From: Limisphaerales bacterium
GTDB lineage: Bacteria > Verrucomicrobiota > Verrucomicrobiia > Limisphaerales > JAJOIW01
Assembly (NCBI GenBank): GCA_965657355.1
Contig: CBFHOE010000004.1
Coordinates: 47,537 to 111,536 of the forward strand
Direction: 5' to 3'
DNA length: 64,000 bases
Shown: in pieces, positions 1 to 10,768 of the stretch
Layout of the letters: each line of letters starts with the position of its first letter
Position numbering within the stretch: position 1 is the first letter of the stretch
Notes under the pieces: generated by a model
The model's database searches: none
The model's input: only the letters and a program-made list of their open reading frames with translations
What the model was told of the DNA's origin: nothing
Position numbers and translations under genes: made by a program

Positions 1-829
1 GCTCAATGGTGATGTTCTCGCTGGTTCTGTAGCCAAGATAATTGACCGTGATGTTTTTGACTCCGGGCTTTCCTTTTAATTCCTCTTCAAAGAATCCTTC
101 TAAACCAGCAACTCCTTTATAATCTTGGAGTTGGTATTTTGTTTCTATTTTATCACCATCTTCTTTCGTATTCCGCCTGCGAATCATATAACCAAGTGTT
201 TGGCTGGCTAAACTCCCTTGGGGATATGTCCGCATAGGTTGGATATCTATCTCAAACCCAGGGGGAATATTGACTGATTCCAAAAACTTGGTCGCCTGAG
301 CGAGCGAAATGTCTGACATTACGGCGAGCGGCATTGATAACTGGCGATGGTAATGGTTTTCAAATTCTTTTTCCGAAATAGAGATGTCCTCTCCCATGAT
401 TTGGCCCAGTTGACTGAGAAGCCGCTGTATCACATTGTATCGTGCCCTCTTATTTATTTGGTTTATTTCTCCTAAGGTGAGCCTTCTTTCTATCCCTTCA
501 GCAGAGGCAATTTTATTAAGGAACTCTTTTTTTACGGGATAGTATTCTTTTTGGTAAAGCCCTCTGAGCTCTTCCAGGTACAAATTAATAGTGAAGCTTG
601 GTCTGTTTTCTGCCAGAGAATTTCCTTCTTTATCCAAGATTTTCCCACGGACTGAAGGCAGTCTCACAGAAACACTATATTGTTTCTGCATTTGTTTTTC
701 ATACTCATCCCTATCGACAACTTGGACATTCCAGATCCCTACAACTAAAATCAGAAGACAAGTGGCCATGCCCATTGCAAGAAGCAATAGTTTCTTATCC
801 AGTGTCGGGTTGTCCTCTAAACTTCTCAT
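1..829 (-). CDS. mrdA: Penicillin-binding protein 2, N-terminal part (runs off the left edge)
   Basis: Not in the ORF track. Manual translation from ATG at 829: MRSLEDNPTLDKKLLLLAMGMATCLLILVVGIWNVQV...VRLPSVRGKILDKEGNSLAENRPSF...KNITVNYLGYRTSENITIE. TM anchor plus RGxIxD PBP-dimerisation motif; directly follows mreD. Confidence 0.9.
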   Translation of the reverse strand, partial: MRSLEDNPTLDKKLLLLAMGMATCLLILVVGIWNVQVVDRDEYEKQMQKQYSVSVRLPSVRGKILDKEGNSLAENRPSFTINLYLEELRGLYQKEYYPVKKEFLNKIASAEGIERRLTLGEINQINKRARYNVIQRLLSQLGQIMGEDISISEKEFENHYHRQLSMPLAVMSDISLAQATKFLESVNIPPGFEIDIQPMRTYPQGSLASQTLGYMIRRRNTKEDGDKIETKYQLQDYKGVAGLEGFFEEELKGKPGVKNITVNYLGYRTSENITIE

Positions 830-840
830 CCTGTTTTGGT

Positions 841-1386
841 TTAGCGCCTTTCGATTTCTCTCATTTCCGATTCACGATAATGGGCTGCAGGTTTGAATTC
901 TAATTGAGCAATTATAAAATCCATCAGATTTTTAAAAGGTTGTGATAGCAGGCCTATGACCAAACCTGATAGAGCAACGGAGAGTATGAATCTCCAACCA
1001 GTAACTGGAGATTCGCCGAATAAAAGCAACAGAATAACTGTCAGGCAGGGGTAGAGGCTTCCGGTTATAAACCCCGAAGAAAAATTGGACAGCCACGGCT
1101 TCCCAATAAGAGCTTTCCTAGTCTTCATTGATAGCGCGTTGCATGCGATTAGGGTGAGGATGGAAAGTCCAAGCGGATTCATTGAGAGGCTATCCACCCA
1201 GAGACCGACAATAACACAATATATCCAACTGATCTCTGAAAGCTTTCTTGTCGATGAATAGATAATAGCGAGTGCCGGGAATTGAATATATCCGTGAATC
1301 CAAAATCCAATGGAATGAAAACTAATTTGGAGGCAAACTAGGAAATAAGCGGCAAGAAGGATGGTCAACAATTCGAATTTTTTCAT
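841..1386 (-). CDS. mreD: Rod shape-determining protein MreD
   Basis: 181-aa hydrophobic protein with GLWVDSLS..PLG motif, located between mreC and mrdA. Confidence 0.85.
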   Translation of the reverse strand: MKKFELLTILLAAYFLVCLQISFHSIGFWIHGYIQFPALAIIYSSTRKLSEISWIYCVIVGLWVDSLSMNPLGLSILTLIACNALSMKTRKALIGKPWLSNFSSGFITGSLYPCLTVILLLLFGESPVTGWRFILSVALSGLVIGLLSQPFKNLMDFIIAQLEFKPAAHYRESEMREIERR

Positions 1387-1387
1387 A

Positions 1388-2191
1388 TTACTGAGCCCTG
1401 ATTACCCACACATTTTCAACTGAGCCCAGTCGGACTGCTAGTTTAATTTTTGCCTGCTTATATTGCCCGTTGCCTACAGATTCACTATCAATGACCTGTC
1501 CAATTTTGATTCCTTTGGGAATTCTTTCGCCAAGACCGCTCGAAATAACCCAGTCTCCTTGCTTGGGGGAGGAGTAGCTTGGTAGATAATCCATATCCAC
1601 GATTAAAGGGTTCGCTCTGCTGGAATGGTTTATCTGAATGATGCCAGCATCCCCAGAAATGAGCATTGCCCCAATTCGACATTTTTCGTCGCCTATGAGC
1701 TGAACTTTCGAGAACCCATTTTGGACCTCCAATATCTTACCTATCAATCCGCTGCCGGTAATTACTGGCATTCCTGGAGAGATTTCATCCTTACTGCCCA
1801 AATCAATATTTACAGTGCGCCACCAGCTAACAGGGTCACGAAAAATAACTCTCCCAGCTATTAAATCCCAATCGGAGTATTCCGGGATATTAATCAAACT
1901 CGAAATCTCATTCAGGCTTCTCTTCAGCTCATCGAATTCCTGGACTTTAATCCTCTCTATGGCGAGTTGGCCCTCAAGTCTCTTTATTTTTTGCCGGAGT
2001 TCCTTTGGAGATTGAGTTCGAATTGTGGTCTCATTAACCGACTTCTCCACACTTCTCTTGGCGTTAAAAAACGGAAGGAAAAATCCCGAACTTAGATTTT
2101 TTATCTTCTTAGAGGGCCCTGAAGGGACAAGAAGAAGCCCCGCACCAATGAGCACTGATGCTACTAATAAAATAGCTTTTGACTTTTTCAT
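1388..2191 (-). CDS. mreC: Rod shape-determining protein MreC
   Basis: N-terminal TM, coiled coil, IDLGSKDEI..GMPVI..GLIGKI and SSGLG..PKGI motifs. Start placed at ATG 2191 (track start 2215). Confidence 0.92.
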   Translation of the reverse strand: MKKSKAILLVASVLIGAGLLLVPSGPSKKIKNLSSGFFLPFFNAKRSVEKSVNETTIRTQSPKELRQKIKRLEGQLAIERIKVQEFDELKRSLNEISSLINIPEYSDWDLIAGRVIFRDPVSWWRTVNIDLGSKDEISPGMPVITGSGLIGKILEVQNGFSKVQLIGDEKCRIGAMLISGDAGIIQINHSSRANPLIVDMDYLPSYSSPKQGDWVISSGLGERIPKGIKIGQVIDSESVGNGQYKQAKIKLAVRLGSVENVWVIRAQ

Positions 2192-2262
2192 GCCTGCGAT
2201 AAATATCCAATCCAATCTGAATTGAAGTCACCAGCTGGCCTGAAGATTTTATTTAGTGATAA

Positions 2263-3285
2263 TCAACTTCCCTGAGTTGCCCCGTTAATCAAGTCTAATT
2301 GGCTCAAGATTCTTCCAGTTCCTTCGGCCACGCCAGTCAAAGGGTCATCAGCAATGTGTACTGGTAATCCCGTTTCTTGACTAATTAGCCGGTCTATTCC
2401 ACGAAGTAGGGCACCACCACCAGCCACAACGATTCCTCGATCAACAAGATCAGCCGAAAGTTCTGGTGGGCACCGCTCCAATGTGATGCGGATGGATTCT
2501 AAAATACTCGATAAAGGTTCTCTCAGGGCATCACGAATTTCTTCAGACCTAACCACAATGGTTTTAGGCAGGCCGGCACCTAAATCCCGGCCTTTGACTT
2601 CAATGCTGAGTTCTTCTTCAAGCGGGAATGCTGAGCCAATGGACTTTTTAATGTCTTCCGCGGTCCTCTCTCCAATCATCAAATTGTAGGCTCGCTTAAG
2701 ATACGCAATAATGGTTTGGTCGAATTCATCACCACCGACCCTGAGACTTCTGCTGAATACTATTCCCGCAAGCGATATGACTGCAATTTCACAGGTTCCG
2801 CCTCCGATATCGACGATCATATTTCCTGCTGGTTCCTGAACCGGCAATCCAACACCTATCGCCGATGCCATAGGTTGCTCCACAAGAATGACATCGCGAG
2901 CTCCCGCACGCGTTGCGCTGTCTTGCACGGCACGCTTTTCAACTTCAGTTATGCCAGAGGGAACAGCAACAACAACTCTCGGTGGAATCAATTTCCGGTT
3001 TTGAACTTTCTGGATAAAATATCGGAGCATAGATTCGGTAATCTCAAAATCTGCTATAACTCCGTCTTTCATCGGCCTGATTGCCACGATGTTACCAGGT
3101 GTCCTACCCAACATCCGTTTGGCTTCCTCTCCAACTGCAAGAACATTATTTGTGTTCTTCTGGACCGCCACCACACTCGGCTCTCTTAGTACAATACCGT
3201 TGTCTTTAACATAGACCAAGGAATTGGCTGTTCCTAAGTCGATGCCGACATCATTTGAAAAAAGTCTCTTTATTTTCTCAAGCAT
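2263..3285 (-). CDS. mreB: Rod shape-determining protein MreB
   Basis: [25 protein letters not shown] and GGGALL actin-fold motifs. Confidence 0.98.
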   Translation of the reverse strand: MLEKIKRLFSNDVGIDLGTANSLVYVKDNGIVLREPSVVAVQKNTNNVLAVGEEAKRMLGRTPGNIVAIRPMKDGVIADFEITESMLRYFIQKVQNRKLIPPRVVVAVPSGITEVEKRAVQDSATRAGARDVILVEQPMASAIGVGLPVQEPAGNMIVDIGGGTCEIAVISLAGIVFSRSLRVGGDEFDQTIIAYLKRAYNLMIGERTAEDIKKSIGSAFPLEEELSIEVKGRDLGAGLPKTIVVRSEEIRDALREPLSSILESIRITLERCPPELSADLVDRGIVVAGGGALLRGIDRLISQETGLPVHIADDPLTGVAEGTGRILSQLDLINGATQGS

Positions 3286-3329
3286 TCACACTTGACCCGT
3301 TAAACTTCATGATCCAAGTTTGAAGCAGA

Positions 3330-4250
3330 GTGGTCAAGCAATTATCACAAACAGTTAACAGTGTGTATGTGTGTGTGCGTCTTTTATTCTTGGTCGTCAC
3401 ATTCAGCTTATTGGTATTTCCTTCCAGTTCATTTGGTTATACGGATTCGACGTCGACTTTCGATGATTTCCTCAGATTTGTCGAATTGGAGAATAAAAGA
3501 GGAAAAGTTGAAACCAGCATAATCACATACACTAACACAAAAGGAACGTCGGTGGATCTCATAGGCGTCGTTCATATTGGAGAAAAGGATTATTACCAGG
3601 CCCTGGAAGATCATTTTGAAAAAATGGACGCCCTGCTATATGAAATGGTCAAACCTAAAAACTCAAACCCAGAAGAGCTTCGTAAATCGAAAAGCAGGGT
3701 GAGTAGTTTACAGAGATTTTTGAAGAATACTTTACGATTGGAATTTCAATTGGACGTCATCGATTACAATAAGAAAAATTTTATTCATGCTGACATGACG
3801 CCCACCTCGTTTTCAAAGGCCCAAGAAAAGCAGGGGGAATCCCTTTTGGGGCTCTTGTTTGAGTCTGCAATGGGTCAGCAGGCTGCCATGACGCCTGGCG
3901 ATGCTGTCAGGGAAAATCTTCGATTTTTAGCAGCTCTGACAAATCGAAACAGGAACCACGCATTAAAAATGTTTCTGGGTCGACAACTGGGTGAAATGGA
4001 AAAAGCTGTCTTGGGCTTTGGTAATGGCGACAAAACTGGTGAGGATTCTGGAACAGTACTTCTCGAAGGTCGCAATAAAGTGGCGATTAAAACGCTTCGT
4101 CGAACTATCAGGCGAAATAATTTTAAAAGAATTGGCATTTTTTATGGTGCCGCACACATGCCTGATATGGAAAAAAGGTTGTTGAAAATGGGTTTCAAAA
4201 AACAAAGAACTCAGTGGCTTGTGGCTTGGGATATGACTCAAGCTGAATAA
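3330..4250 (+). CDS. Exported hypothetical protein with TraB/GumN/Tiki-like motifs
   Basis: Signal-like N-terminus; ordered motifs GVVHIG, LYE, GRN, FYGAAH. Start codon uncertain. Confidence 0.6.
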   Translation: MVKQLSQTVNSVYVCVRLLFLVVTFSLLVFPSSSFGYTDSTSTFDDFLRFVELENKRGKVETSIITYTNTKGTSVDLIGVVHIGEKDYYQALEDHFEKMDALLYEMVKPKNSNPEELRKSKSRVSSLQRFLKNTLRLEFQLDVIDYNKKNFIHADMTPTSFSKAQEKQGESLLGLLFESAMGQQAAMTPGDAVRENLRFLAALTNRNRNHALKMFLGRQLGEMEKAVLGFGNGDKTGEDSGTVLLEGRNKVAIKTLRRTIRRNNFKRIGIFYGAAHMPDMEKRLLKMGFKKQRTQWLVAWDMTQAE

Positions 4251-4342
4251 ATTAAGATGTGGTGCGACAGGTTCTTTTAAGTATGAAAATGCTATTTTTA
4301 AATTTCACTCTGTATATACAAGGGTTGCAATAACCCAACTTA

Positions 4343-5227
4343 TTGCAAGAATATGCATCGATGTTGTTCCTGCCTCCAAGAAAATCAGAGGGTTTCGAGT
4401 TAGTAGGGGTTATTCTACTTTCTGTCGTTGCTCTGACTATCATATCGTGCGGTATTCAAACCGATCCAGAAGAAAACAGTAATCCCAAAATTAAGCCACT
4501 CAAAGTTGGGATGGAACTGGCATATCCCCCATTTGAAATGGTTGACGATAAAGGCTCTCCCAGCGGGGTCAGCGTTGAAATCGCTAAAAGTTTAGCCAAG
4601 GATCTTGGAAGGCCATTAGAAATACAAAATATCGAGTTTTCCGGTCTCATAGAATCCTTGAGATCTGGAAAAATTGATATCATTATTTCATCGCTAACTG
4701 CTACAGACCGAAGAAGGCGGGTTATTGATTTTTCGAATGGTTATGTCTCAACCGGTCTTTGTTTACTTCTTTCAAATGAAAACGCTTCGCAATTATCCAT
4801 CGAAAATTTGAATGATGCAAAATACACTGTTGCCGTTAAACGAGGGACCACAGGACATGTATTTGCCGACAGCTCTTTAGGTTTAGCCAAGGTAAGGGTT
4901 TTAGAAAATGAAGACGCCTGTGTTTTGGAGGTTATTCAAGGAAAAGCTGACGCATTTATATACGACCAAATGTCGGTTTTTCGGCATTGGAACAAAAATA
5001 GGAAAACGACAAAAGCCAATTTGAAACCATTTCAGCAAGAATTTTGGTCCATTGGCATTGCCAAAAATCGAAGCGATTTGAAAGACAGGATCAACACGTT
5101 TCTTGGCAAATACAATTCTTCTGGGGGATTCGATGATCTCGCAGATCGATTTTTGCCAGATGAAAAAGCAGCCTTTGAAGAGTTAGGGTATCCATTTATT
5201 TTCCAGATATCTGGCGCAGCTCAATGA
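4343..5227 (+). CDS. Polar amino-acid ABC transporter substrate-binding lipoprotein
   Basis: Lipobox-like IISC; YPPFE, GKIDIIISSLTATDRR, VIDFS motifs. Start uncertain. Confidence 0.9.
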   Translation: MQEYASMLFLPPRKSEGFELVGVILLSVVALTIISCGIQTDPEENSNPKIKPLKVGMELAYPPFEMVDDKGSPSGVSVEIAKSLAKDLGRPLEIQNIEFSGLIESLRSGKIDIIISSLTATDRRRRVIDFSNGYVSTGLCLLLSNENASQLSIENLNDAKYTVAVKRGTTGHVFADSSLGLAKVRVLENEDACVLEVIQGKADAFIYDQMSVFRHWNKNRKTTKANLKPFQQEFWSIGIAKNRSDLKDRINTFLGKYNSSGGFDDLADRFLPDEKAAFEELGYPFIFQISGAAQ

Positions 5228-6042
5228 ATGGCAAGTTGAAAGAATGGTTTCTTCTTCCTAGAAGTGCTGGAGGGACCTCAGACGCTATGAGTGCAAAAAA
5301 ATCTGCATTCATACAATCCATTTATACGGTGCTATGCATAATTTTAGGTGGTGCCATTCTCTTTGGGTTTTTATTTTTAAGCAACAGGGAGTGGGAGTGG
5401 GAAAGTGTATTGGATTACAAAAACCTTTTCATCAAAGGGTGGTTCATCACTCTTGGAGTATCTTTTTTTAGCCTTTTGATAAGTTTCATGCTTGGGGCCT
5501 TGCTTGCTTATTTTCAAATGAGCCGATGGAGAATCTTTAGAGCATTGGGAAAGGTGGTTGTTGAATTTTTTCGTGGCACTCCATTACTCGTTCAAATCAT
5601 GTTCTTTTTCTATGTTGTTGCTGATGGACTTGGAATCGGCAACAGGTATGTTGTTGGGGTTCTCACACTTTCATTGTATGCTGGTACCTACATCGCTGAA
5701 ATACTGCGAGGTGGTATCCAGTCAGCTGGTAAAGCTCAAATGCTAGCATCCACGGCTATTGGGATGACCCAGTTTGAGAGTTATCGCTACATCATTATTC
5801 CTCAAACTATTAGAGCTGTTCTTCCATCATTAGCAGGCCAATTTGTTGCTCTGATAAAAAACTCATCTTTATTGAGCGTAATAGCAGTGGAAGAATATAC
5901 CTATGTCGCTCGCTCTGTGAATTCAATTACATACAGTACTTTGGAAAGTTATCTCCCACTACTCTTTGGATACTTTATTCTTACTTTAGCTGTCTCCTTA
6001 TTAAGTAAATGGATAGAAAAAAAATTACAATATGAGAATTGA
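5224..6042 (+). CDS. Polar amino-acid ABC transporter permease (His/Glu/Gln/Arg family)
   Basis: FRGTPLLVQ, YIAEILRGGI and LIKNSSL motifs; ATGA overlap with the upstream gene. Confidence 0.93.
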   Translation: MNGKLKEWFLLPRSAGGTSDAMSAKKSAFIQSIYTVLCIILGGAILFGFLFLSNREWEWESVLDYKNLFIKGWFITLGVSFFSLLISFMLGALLAYFQMSRWRIFRALGKVVVEFFRGTPLLVQIMFFFYVVADGLGIGNRYVVGVLTLSLYAGTYIAEILRGGIQSAGKAQMLASTAIGMTQFESYRYIIIPQTIRAVLPSLAGQFVALIKNSSLLSVIAVEEYTYVARSVNSITYSTLESYLPLLFGYFILTLAVSLLSKWIEKKLQYEN

Positions 6043-6763
6043 GGTCAAAAATATTAGCATCCAATACCATGTTCAAAAGGTTCTCAATGAGGTGTCTTTG
6101 ATCATAAAAGAGGACAGGATTTCGTGGATCATAGGAGCTTCTGGAAGTGGTAAATCAACGCTCATGAGAATTCTTGCAGGCCTTGAGTTGCCTTCGAGTG
6201 GAGAGCTAGTTGTTGATGGGGTGGTGCTGCCGAATGATGAACGTGCTAGAATCTCTTTTCGAAAATCCATCTCAATAGTTTTTCAACAATCCAATCTATT
6301 TAAACATTTGAATGCCATTGAAAATATCGCATTGCCGCTTGAGGTGGTTCATGGTTGGGAGAGAAAAGCAGCCATTGAACATGCACACAGTTTATTGAAA
6401 GACTTTGCCCTGGATGGGCACGAGAAAAAATACCCATCTCAGCTGTCTGGTGGGCAACAGCAAAGGGTCGCTATTGCTAGGGCCCTTTCGACAAACCCGA
6501 AAATCGTTTTCCTTGACGAGCCAACATCTGCTCTCGATCAGGAGCGATCAGTAGAAGTTCTTGATGCCATACAAAAACTTCATGCCCAGGGTGTTCCCAT
6601 GGTTTTTGTGACTCATGAATTGAGGTTCGCCAGGTCTATTGGCGGAGACGTTTACTATTTAAAAGACGGAAAAGTAATGGAATCAGGTCCGTCTGATAAA
6701 ATACTGGAATCCCCCGAAACGACCGGATTGAAAAATTTTATTAGATTTATAGATCGGTATTAA
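6032..6763 (+). CDS. Polar amino-acid ABC transporter ATP-binding protein
   Basis: Walker A GASGSGKST, signature LSGGQQQRVAIARAL, Walker B FLDEPTSALD. Confidence 0.95.
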   Translation: MRIEVKNISIQYHVQKVLNEVSLIIKEDRISWIIGASGSGKSTLMRILAGLELPSSGELVVDGVVLPNDERARISFRKSISIVFQQSNLFKHLNAIENIALPLEVVHGWERKAAIEHAHSLLKDFALDGHEKKYPSQLSGGQQQRVAIARALSTNPKIVFLDEPTSALDQERSVEVLDAIQKLHAQGVPMVFVTHELRFARSIGGDVYYLKDGKVMESGPSDKILESPETTGLKNFIRFIDRY

Positions 6764-6764
6764 A

Positions 6765-7175
6765 ATGAATTATCAAATAAATATGATGCGAATTGGGGCA
6801 TTCGCTGGGTTTTTATGTGTCAGTATAGGCGCTTTCGGGGCACATGGACTCGAGGCGATATTAATGGAGAATAAAAGGATATCTACATGGGAAACGGGTG
6901 TTTTCTATCATTGTTTTCATTCGCTGGCATTGATTGTGACGGCATGGACGGAAAATCGCAAAGTAGCCAAATGGCTAACCATTTTTTGGGGAAGTGGTAT
7001 ACTGATTTTTAGTGGTAGTCTTTATATATTATCGCTAACAAATATCGGTATCTTTGGAGCGATTACCCCTATAGGCGGAATACTTTTTCTTTCAGGTTGG
7101 GTTTGTCTCATGGTCAATGCCAATAAACTAAAAAATTCAGCCAGATCGTCAGAATCCGACCTGGCTGGTTCATAA
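6765..7175 (+). CDS. DUF423 (YgdD/TMEM256) family membrane protein
   Basis: GAFGAHGL, FSGSLY and GAITPIGG motifs. Confidence 0.92.
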   Translation: MNYQINMMRIGAFAGFLCVSIGAFGAHGLEAILMENKRISTWETGVFYHCFHSLALIVTAWTENRKVAKWLTIFWGSGILIFSGSLYILSLTNIGIFGAITPIGGILFLSGWVCLMVNANKLKNSARSSESDLAGS

Positions 7176-7227
7176 GCCTTTATTTTATAGATCTTGTGAG
7201 GCCCCGTAGAGGAATCACTTCATGTGC

Positions 7228-8601
7228 TTACTCAAGAGATTTCTGCCATGGAACAGCTCCAGCTTTTTGAATTTGCTGTCTCAATTCTCCAGCCAATTCA
7301 TTGAAGATTTTTTTGTTTTCACCTGCTAGATTGTTTTTTTCTTGTGGGTCTTCATCAAGGTTGTATAGCTCCAGCTCTGTGTATGGATTATTGTGGACAA
7401 GTTTCCATGGACCTTTTCTCACTGCATAATGGTCTTGCCCTTGATACCGACTATTACCCTCTCTTCTCACCCAAAAAAGAGTTCTTTCGATCTGAGTTTG
7501 ATCTGCATTATTGGTGAGTGTATCTAGAATACTCATGCCATCTATTTTATGCTGGATAGGGTATCCTGCGATTTCGCAAATGGTGGGGTAGAGATCCATG
7601 GTCATTGAAACAAGCGAAGACGTAGAGTTTGGTTTTATTTTTTTGGGCCAGACGGCGCACATCGGGACTTTGATTCCTCCTTCAAACATATCCTGTTTGC
7701 CACCCCTGAGATCGCCGCAATTGGCTCCGACATTGATTTGGCCACCATTATCGCTGGTAAAGATGATGAGTGTATTATCGTATTGGCCATTGTCTTTTAA
7801 AGCTTTAATAACCTTACCAATGCCATAATCCATGTGCTCTATTAATGCCACCAGTTTTATTCTATCATCAGAGATCTCTTTTTCTCTTTCTCTGACTCTA
7901 ATATACCATGCTCTTGGGGGCTGAATTGGTGTATGTGGGGCGTTGTATGCAAGGTAAAGAAAGAAAGGAGCCTCTTCTTTTCGGCACTCGTTAATATAAT
8001 CAACAGCCCAATTGGAAAATAAATCTGTAGCATGCCCTTTGGGTCGGAAAGATTCCATTTGGTCTCGCATATAATTTTTTCCATGTCGGCGATGGGTGTA
8101 ATAATTATCCATCATGTCACCAAGAAAGCCCTTGAAATAATCAAACCCTTTATTCAAAGGGTGGTTTTCTTTTTCAAGTCCCAAGTGCCACTTGCCGACC
8201 ATGCCCGTGTTATACCCGGTTTTATTTAGCATTTCCGGAAGTAGTTTTGTTTTCGGATTAAGGTAACCCCAATTGTCTTTGGCAAAAGTTCTTATAACAC
8301 CTGGAACACCCACCATTTCGGGAAATCTACCTGAGAGAAGTGAAGCTCTAGTTGGTGAACAAACCGGGCAGTTCGCATAGAAATTGTTGAGCCTTATACC
8401 GTCGCTCATGAGCTTGTCGATATGCGGAGACTTTAGATCGGTGGCCCCATATGAAGATAAATCACCATATCCGAGGTCATCGACCATTATGACGACAATA
8501 TTGGGACGATCAGATCGGCTCTGCGCTGACAAATCCCCAACGAAAAATTGGGAGACCAGTGCAAGGACAATCACAAAGGAGAATTTTCTAATTGTTTGCA
8601 T
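7228..8601 (-). CDS. Exported formylglycine-dependent sulfatase
   Basis: RPNIVVIMVDDLGYGD, CSPTR (CxPxR), GKWHLG, FTSDNG; signal peptide ending LSA-Q. Confidence 0.95.
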   Translation of the reverse strand: MQTIRKFSFVIVLALVSQFFVGDLSAQSRSDRPNIVVIMVDDLGYGDLSSYGATDLKSPHIDKLMSDGIRLNNFYANCPVCSPTRASLLSGRFPEMVGVPGVIRTFAKDNWGYLNPKTKLLPEMLNKTGYNTGMVGKWHLGLEKENHPLNKGFDYFKGFLGDMMDNYYTHRRHGKNYMRDQMESFRPKGHATDLFSNWAVDYINECRKEEAPFFLYLAYNAPHTPIQPPRAWYIRVREREKEISDDRIKLVALIEHMDYGIGKVIKALKDNGQYDNTLIIFTSDNGGQINVGANCGDLRGGKQDMFEGGIKVPMCAVWPKKIKPNSTSSLVSMTMDLYPTICEIAGYPIQHKIDGMSILDTLTNNADQTQIERTLFWVRREGNSRYQGQDHYAVRKGPWKLVHNNPYTELELYNLDEDPQEKNNLAGENKKIFNELAGELRQQIQKAGAVPWQKSLE

Positions 8602-8645
8602 GACATCTATTAATAAACCAAAAACACTCTAAAATAGAAGAACTA

Positions 8646-9809
8646 TCATAAGGCAATGAATTTTTTCAAACAATCGCATATATAATCAATCTGGTCTAAT
8701 TTCAGGTCATGAAAGAGTGGTAGTGCAAGACCTTGATGGTGTAATTTAAAAGAATTGGGAAGGTCATCATCTTTAAATCCAAAATTTTGCTTAAAGAAAT
8801 CCAAACAATGTCCTGCCACAGACGCAGGACCGCATCCGATTTTATGATTGCCCATCAGAAGGATGACTTTGTCCCTGTTTATTGAGTTATCTAAAACCAC
8901 CATAAAAGTCTGCCAGGAGTGACCAGCATCAGCTGGAGGTAAATCAATGCCTGCCGTTCCGGCCAGGTTTGTGATATATCGCTCGACAAGTTCTTTCCGT
9001 CTTTGGAGTATAGTTGGAAATTCTTTTAGTTGGCTGTTGCCTATTGCTGCCTGGATATCTGTGATCCTGTAATTAAATCCCGCGCTAACAAATGTCTTGC
9101 TTCCATTTGACTCGATAGCTTGTCCATGGTTTCTCAGATGCTCTATGGAGAATTTTATGTCCGAGCTATTAGTTATAACACACCCACCTTCTCCCGTGGT
9201 TATTGATTTTCTTGGATGAAAGCTAAAAATCCCACATTCTCCGTATGTCCCTACCGGTTTTCCTTTATATGTCGTTCCCAATGCACAAGCGGCGTCCTCA
9301 ATAACTCTGAGTCTATGTCGCTTGGCAATTTCAATCAATTCGTCCAATGGGGCTGGTTTTCCGAATTCATGAATAATGACCAGTAATCCATCACCTTTTC
9401 CGCATGAGCCATTCTTTTCCTCCTTTTTTATGGCTTCTAGTAAGTGCCCTGGACTTATATTCGCACTTTTTAAGTCGACATCGGTGAAGACCGGCTTGTA
9501 ACCGGATCTGACTGCCATATTTGCCGCAGATGGCCAAGCAAAAGAGGGAATATAGCATGGTGCCCCATGGCCCTCAGCAGCGCTCAGTGAAAGCATCGCC
9601 AAGTGAAGGCCGGCAGTCGCAGACGAAACAGAGCACCCATGGTGAGCTCCATGCCTACGTGCAATTGTTGTCTCAAGAGTTTGGGCTTCCTTCCCCATAA
9701 TGACCCAGCCACTCTTAAGAACATTCTCGACTGCCTCCAAGGTGCCTGGATTGAACCAAGGCTTTGCCATGGGAATAGCAGGTTGATCTGATTCAGGCTT
9801 TGAGGTCAT
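8646..9809 (-). CDS. DegT/DnrJ/EryC1/StrS PLP-dependent sugar aminotransferase
   Basis: IEDAACALG, FSFHPRKSITTGEGG (PLP lysine), GFNYR. Confidence 0.93.
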   Translation of the reverse strand: MTSKPESDQPAIPMAKPWFNPGTLEAVENVLKSGWVIMGKEAQTLETTIARRHGAHHGCSVSSATAGLHLAMLSLSAAEGHGAPCYIPSFAWPSAANMAVRSGYKPVFTDVDLKSANISPGHLLEAIKKEEKNGSCGKGDGLLVIIHEFGKPAPLDELIEIAKRHRLRVIEDAACALGTTYKGKPVGTYGECGIFSFHPRKSITTGEGGCVITNSSDIKFSIEHLRNHGQAIESNGSKTFVSAGFNYRITDIQAAIGNSQLKEFPTILQRRKELVERYITNLAGTAGIDLPPADAGHSWQTFMVVLDNSINRDKVILLMGNHKIGCGPASVAGHCLDFFKQNFGFKDDDLPNSFKLHHQGLALPLFHDLKLDQIDYICDCLKKFIAL

Positions 9810-10752
9810 TCTTAAAATATTCAGCCGTTTTTTGTATTCCTTCCTCTAAATCAACTTGAGCTCTGAAATTAAAATCTTCCATAATTTTTTCCACGCTTGG
9901 CACTCGGAGTGCAATGTCAGCAGATAGAGCTGGCTTGAATATAATCTTAGAGGAAGAGTCGAGTACACGGCAAACGGTTTGAGCAAGACCCAAAATAGTG
10001 ATTACAGCCCTGGCGTTTCCAATATTATAAGTTTGGCCAATAGCTTTTGGAGAGTCGAGGCAATGGATCATGCAATTAACAAAGTCATCGACATAGCACC
10101 AGGCTCTGATTTGGTTGCCCTCACCATGAATATAAATATCCTCACCTCTAAGCGCTTTTTTGATGAAGATTTGTATGGCTCCTTCGCCCGTTTGCCCTGG
10201 TCCATAAACATTAAATGGCCGGACAGTCACCGTGGGTAAATTGTGCTGGGTGTGATAAGCCTTCACTAAATGTTCTCCTGATAGTTTGCTTACGGCGTAA
10301 ACCCATCTCGCTTCACCCGCAGAACCTGTTACCGTAAGGTCTTCTTCTTTTGAGTTTAGAGCCAGTGAACCGAAAACTTCTGATGTTGAAAAATCTAGAA
10401 ATCTGTCGGTAATACCTTTTTTTTGAGACACCTTTAAAACATTAGCAGTGCCAATCATGTTTACCTCCATTGTTTTGACTGGATCTTTGATCACGGTATC
10501 AATACCGGCAATGGCGGCTGCATGAACTACGAGATCAACATCATTAAAGCTGGATTCCAGGAGCTCATAATCCAGCACATCTCCTTTGATTACCTTAATT
10601 TGTTCATTCCCAGAATGTTGGCTTTTGGAGAATGTATCCCTCGCGAAATTGTCGTAGATTGTAATTTTGTTTTTGGAGATGAGCCTTGAGATTAAGGTGT
10701 TTGAAATGAATCCAGCACCGCCTGTGATAAATATATGTTTGCCTTTAATCAT
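9793..10752 (-). CDS. NAD-dependent nucleotide-sugar epimerase/dehydratase
   Basis: TGGAGFIS, STSEVFG, YAVSK (YxxxK), RPFNVYGP. Confidence 0.93.
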   Translation of the reverse strand: MIKGKHIFITGGAGFISNTLISRLISKNKITIYDNFARDTFSKSQHSGNEQIKVIKGDVLDYELLESSFNDVDLVVHAAAIAGIDTVIKDPVKTMEVNMIGTANVLKVSQKKGITDRFLDFSTSEVFGSLALNSKEEDLTVTGSAGEARWVYAVSKLSGEHLVKAYHTQHNLPTVTVRPFNVYGPGQTGEGAIQIFIKKALRGEDIYIHGEGNQIRAWCYVDDFVNCMIHCLDSPKAIGQTYNIGNARAVITILGLAQTVCRVLDSSSKIIFKPALSADIALRVPSVEKIMEDFNFRAQVDLEEGIQKTAEYFKNDLKA

Positions 10753-10768
10753 TAAGAGATTTCAAAAG

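Noticed and set aside
591..903. Plus-strand track ORFs 591..896 and 598..903, and the many other short antisense or out-of-frame ORFs across the window
   Set aside because: They overlap well-supported genes (here mrdA/mreD) and show no recognisable motifs; treated as shadow ORFs.
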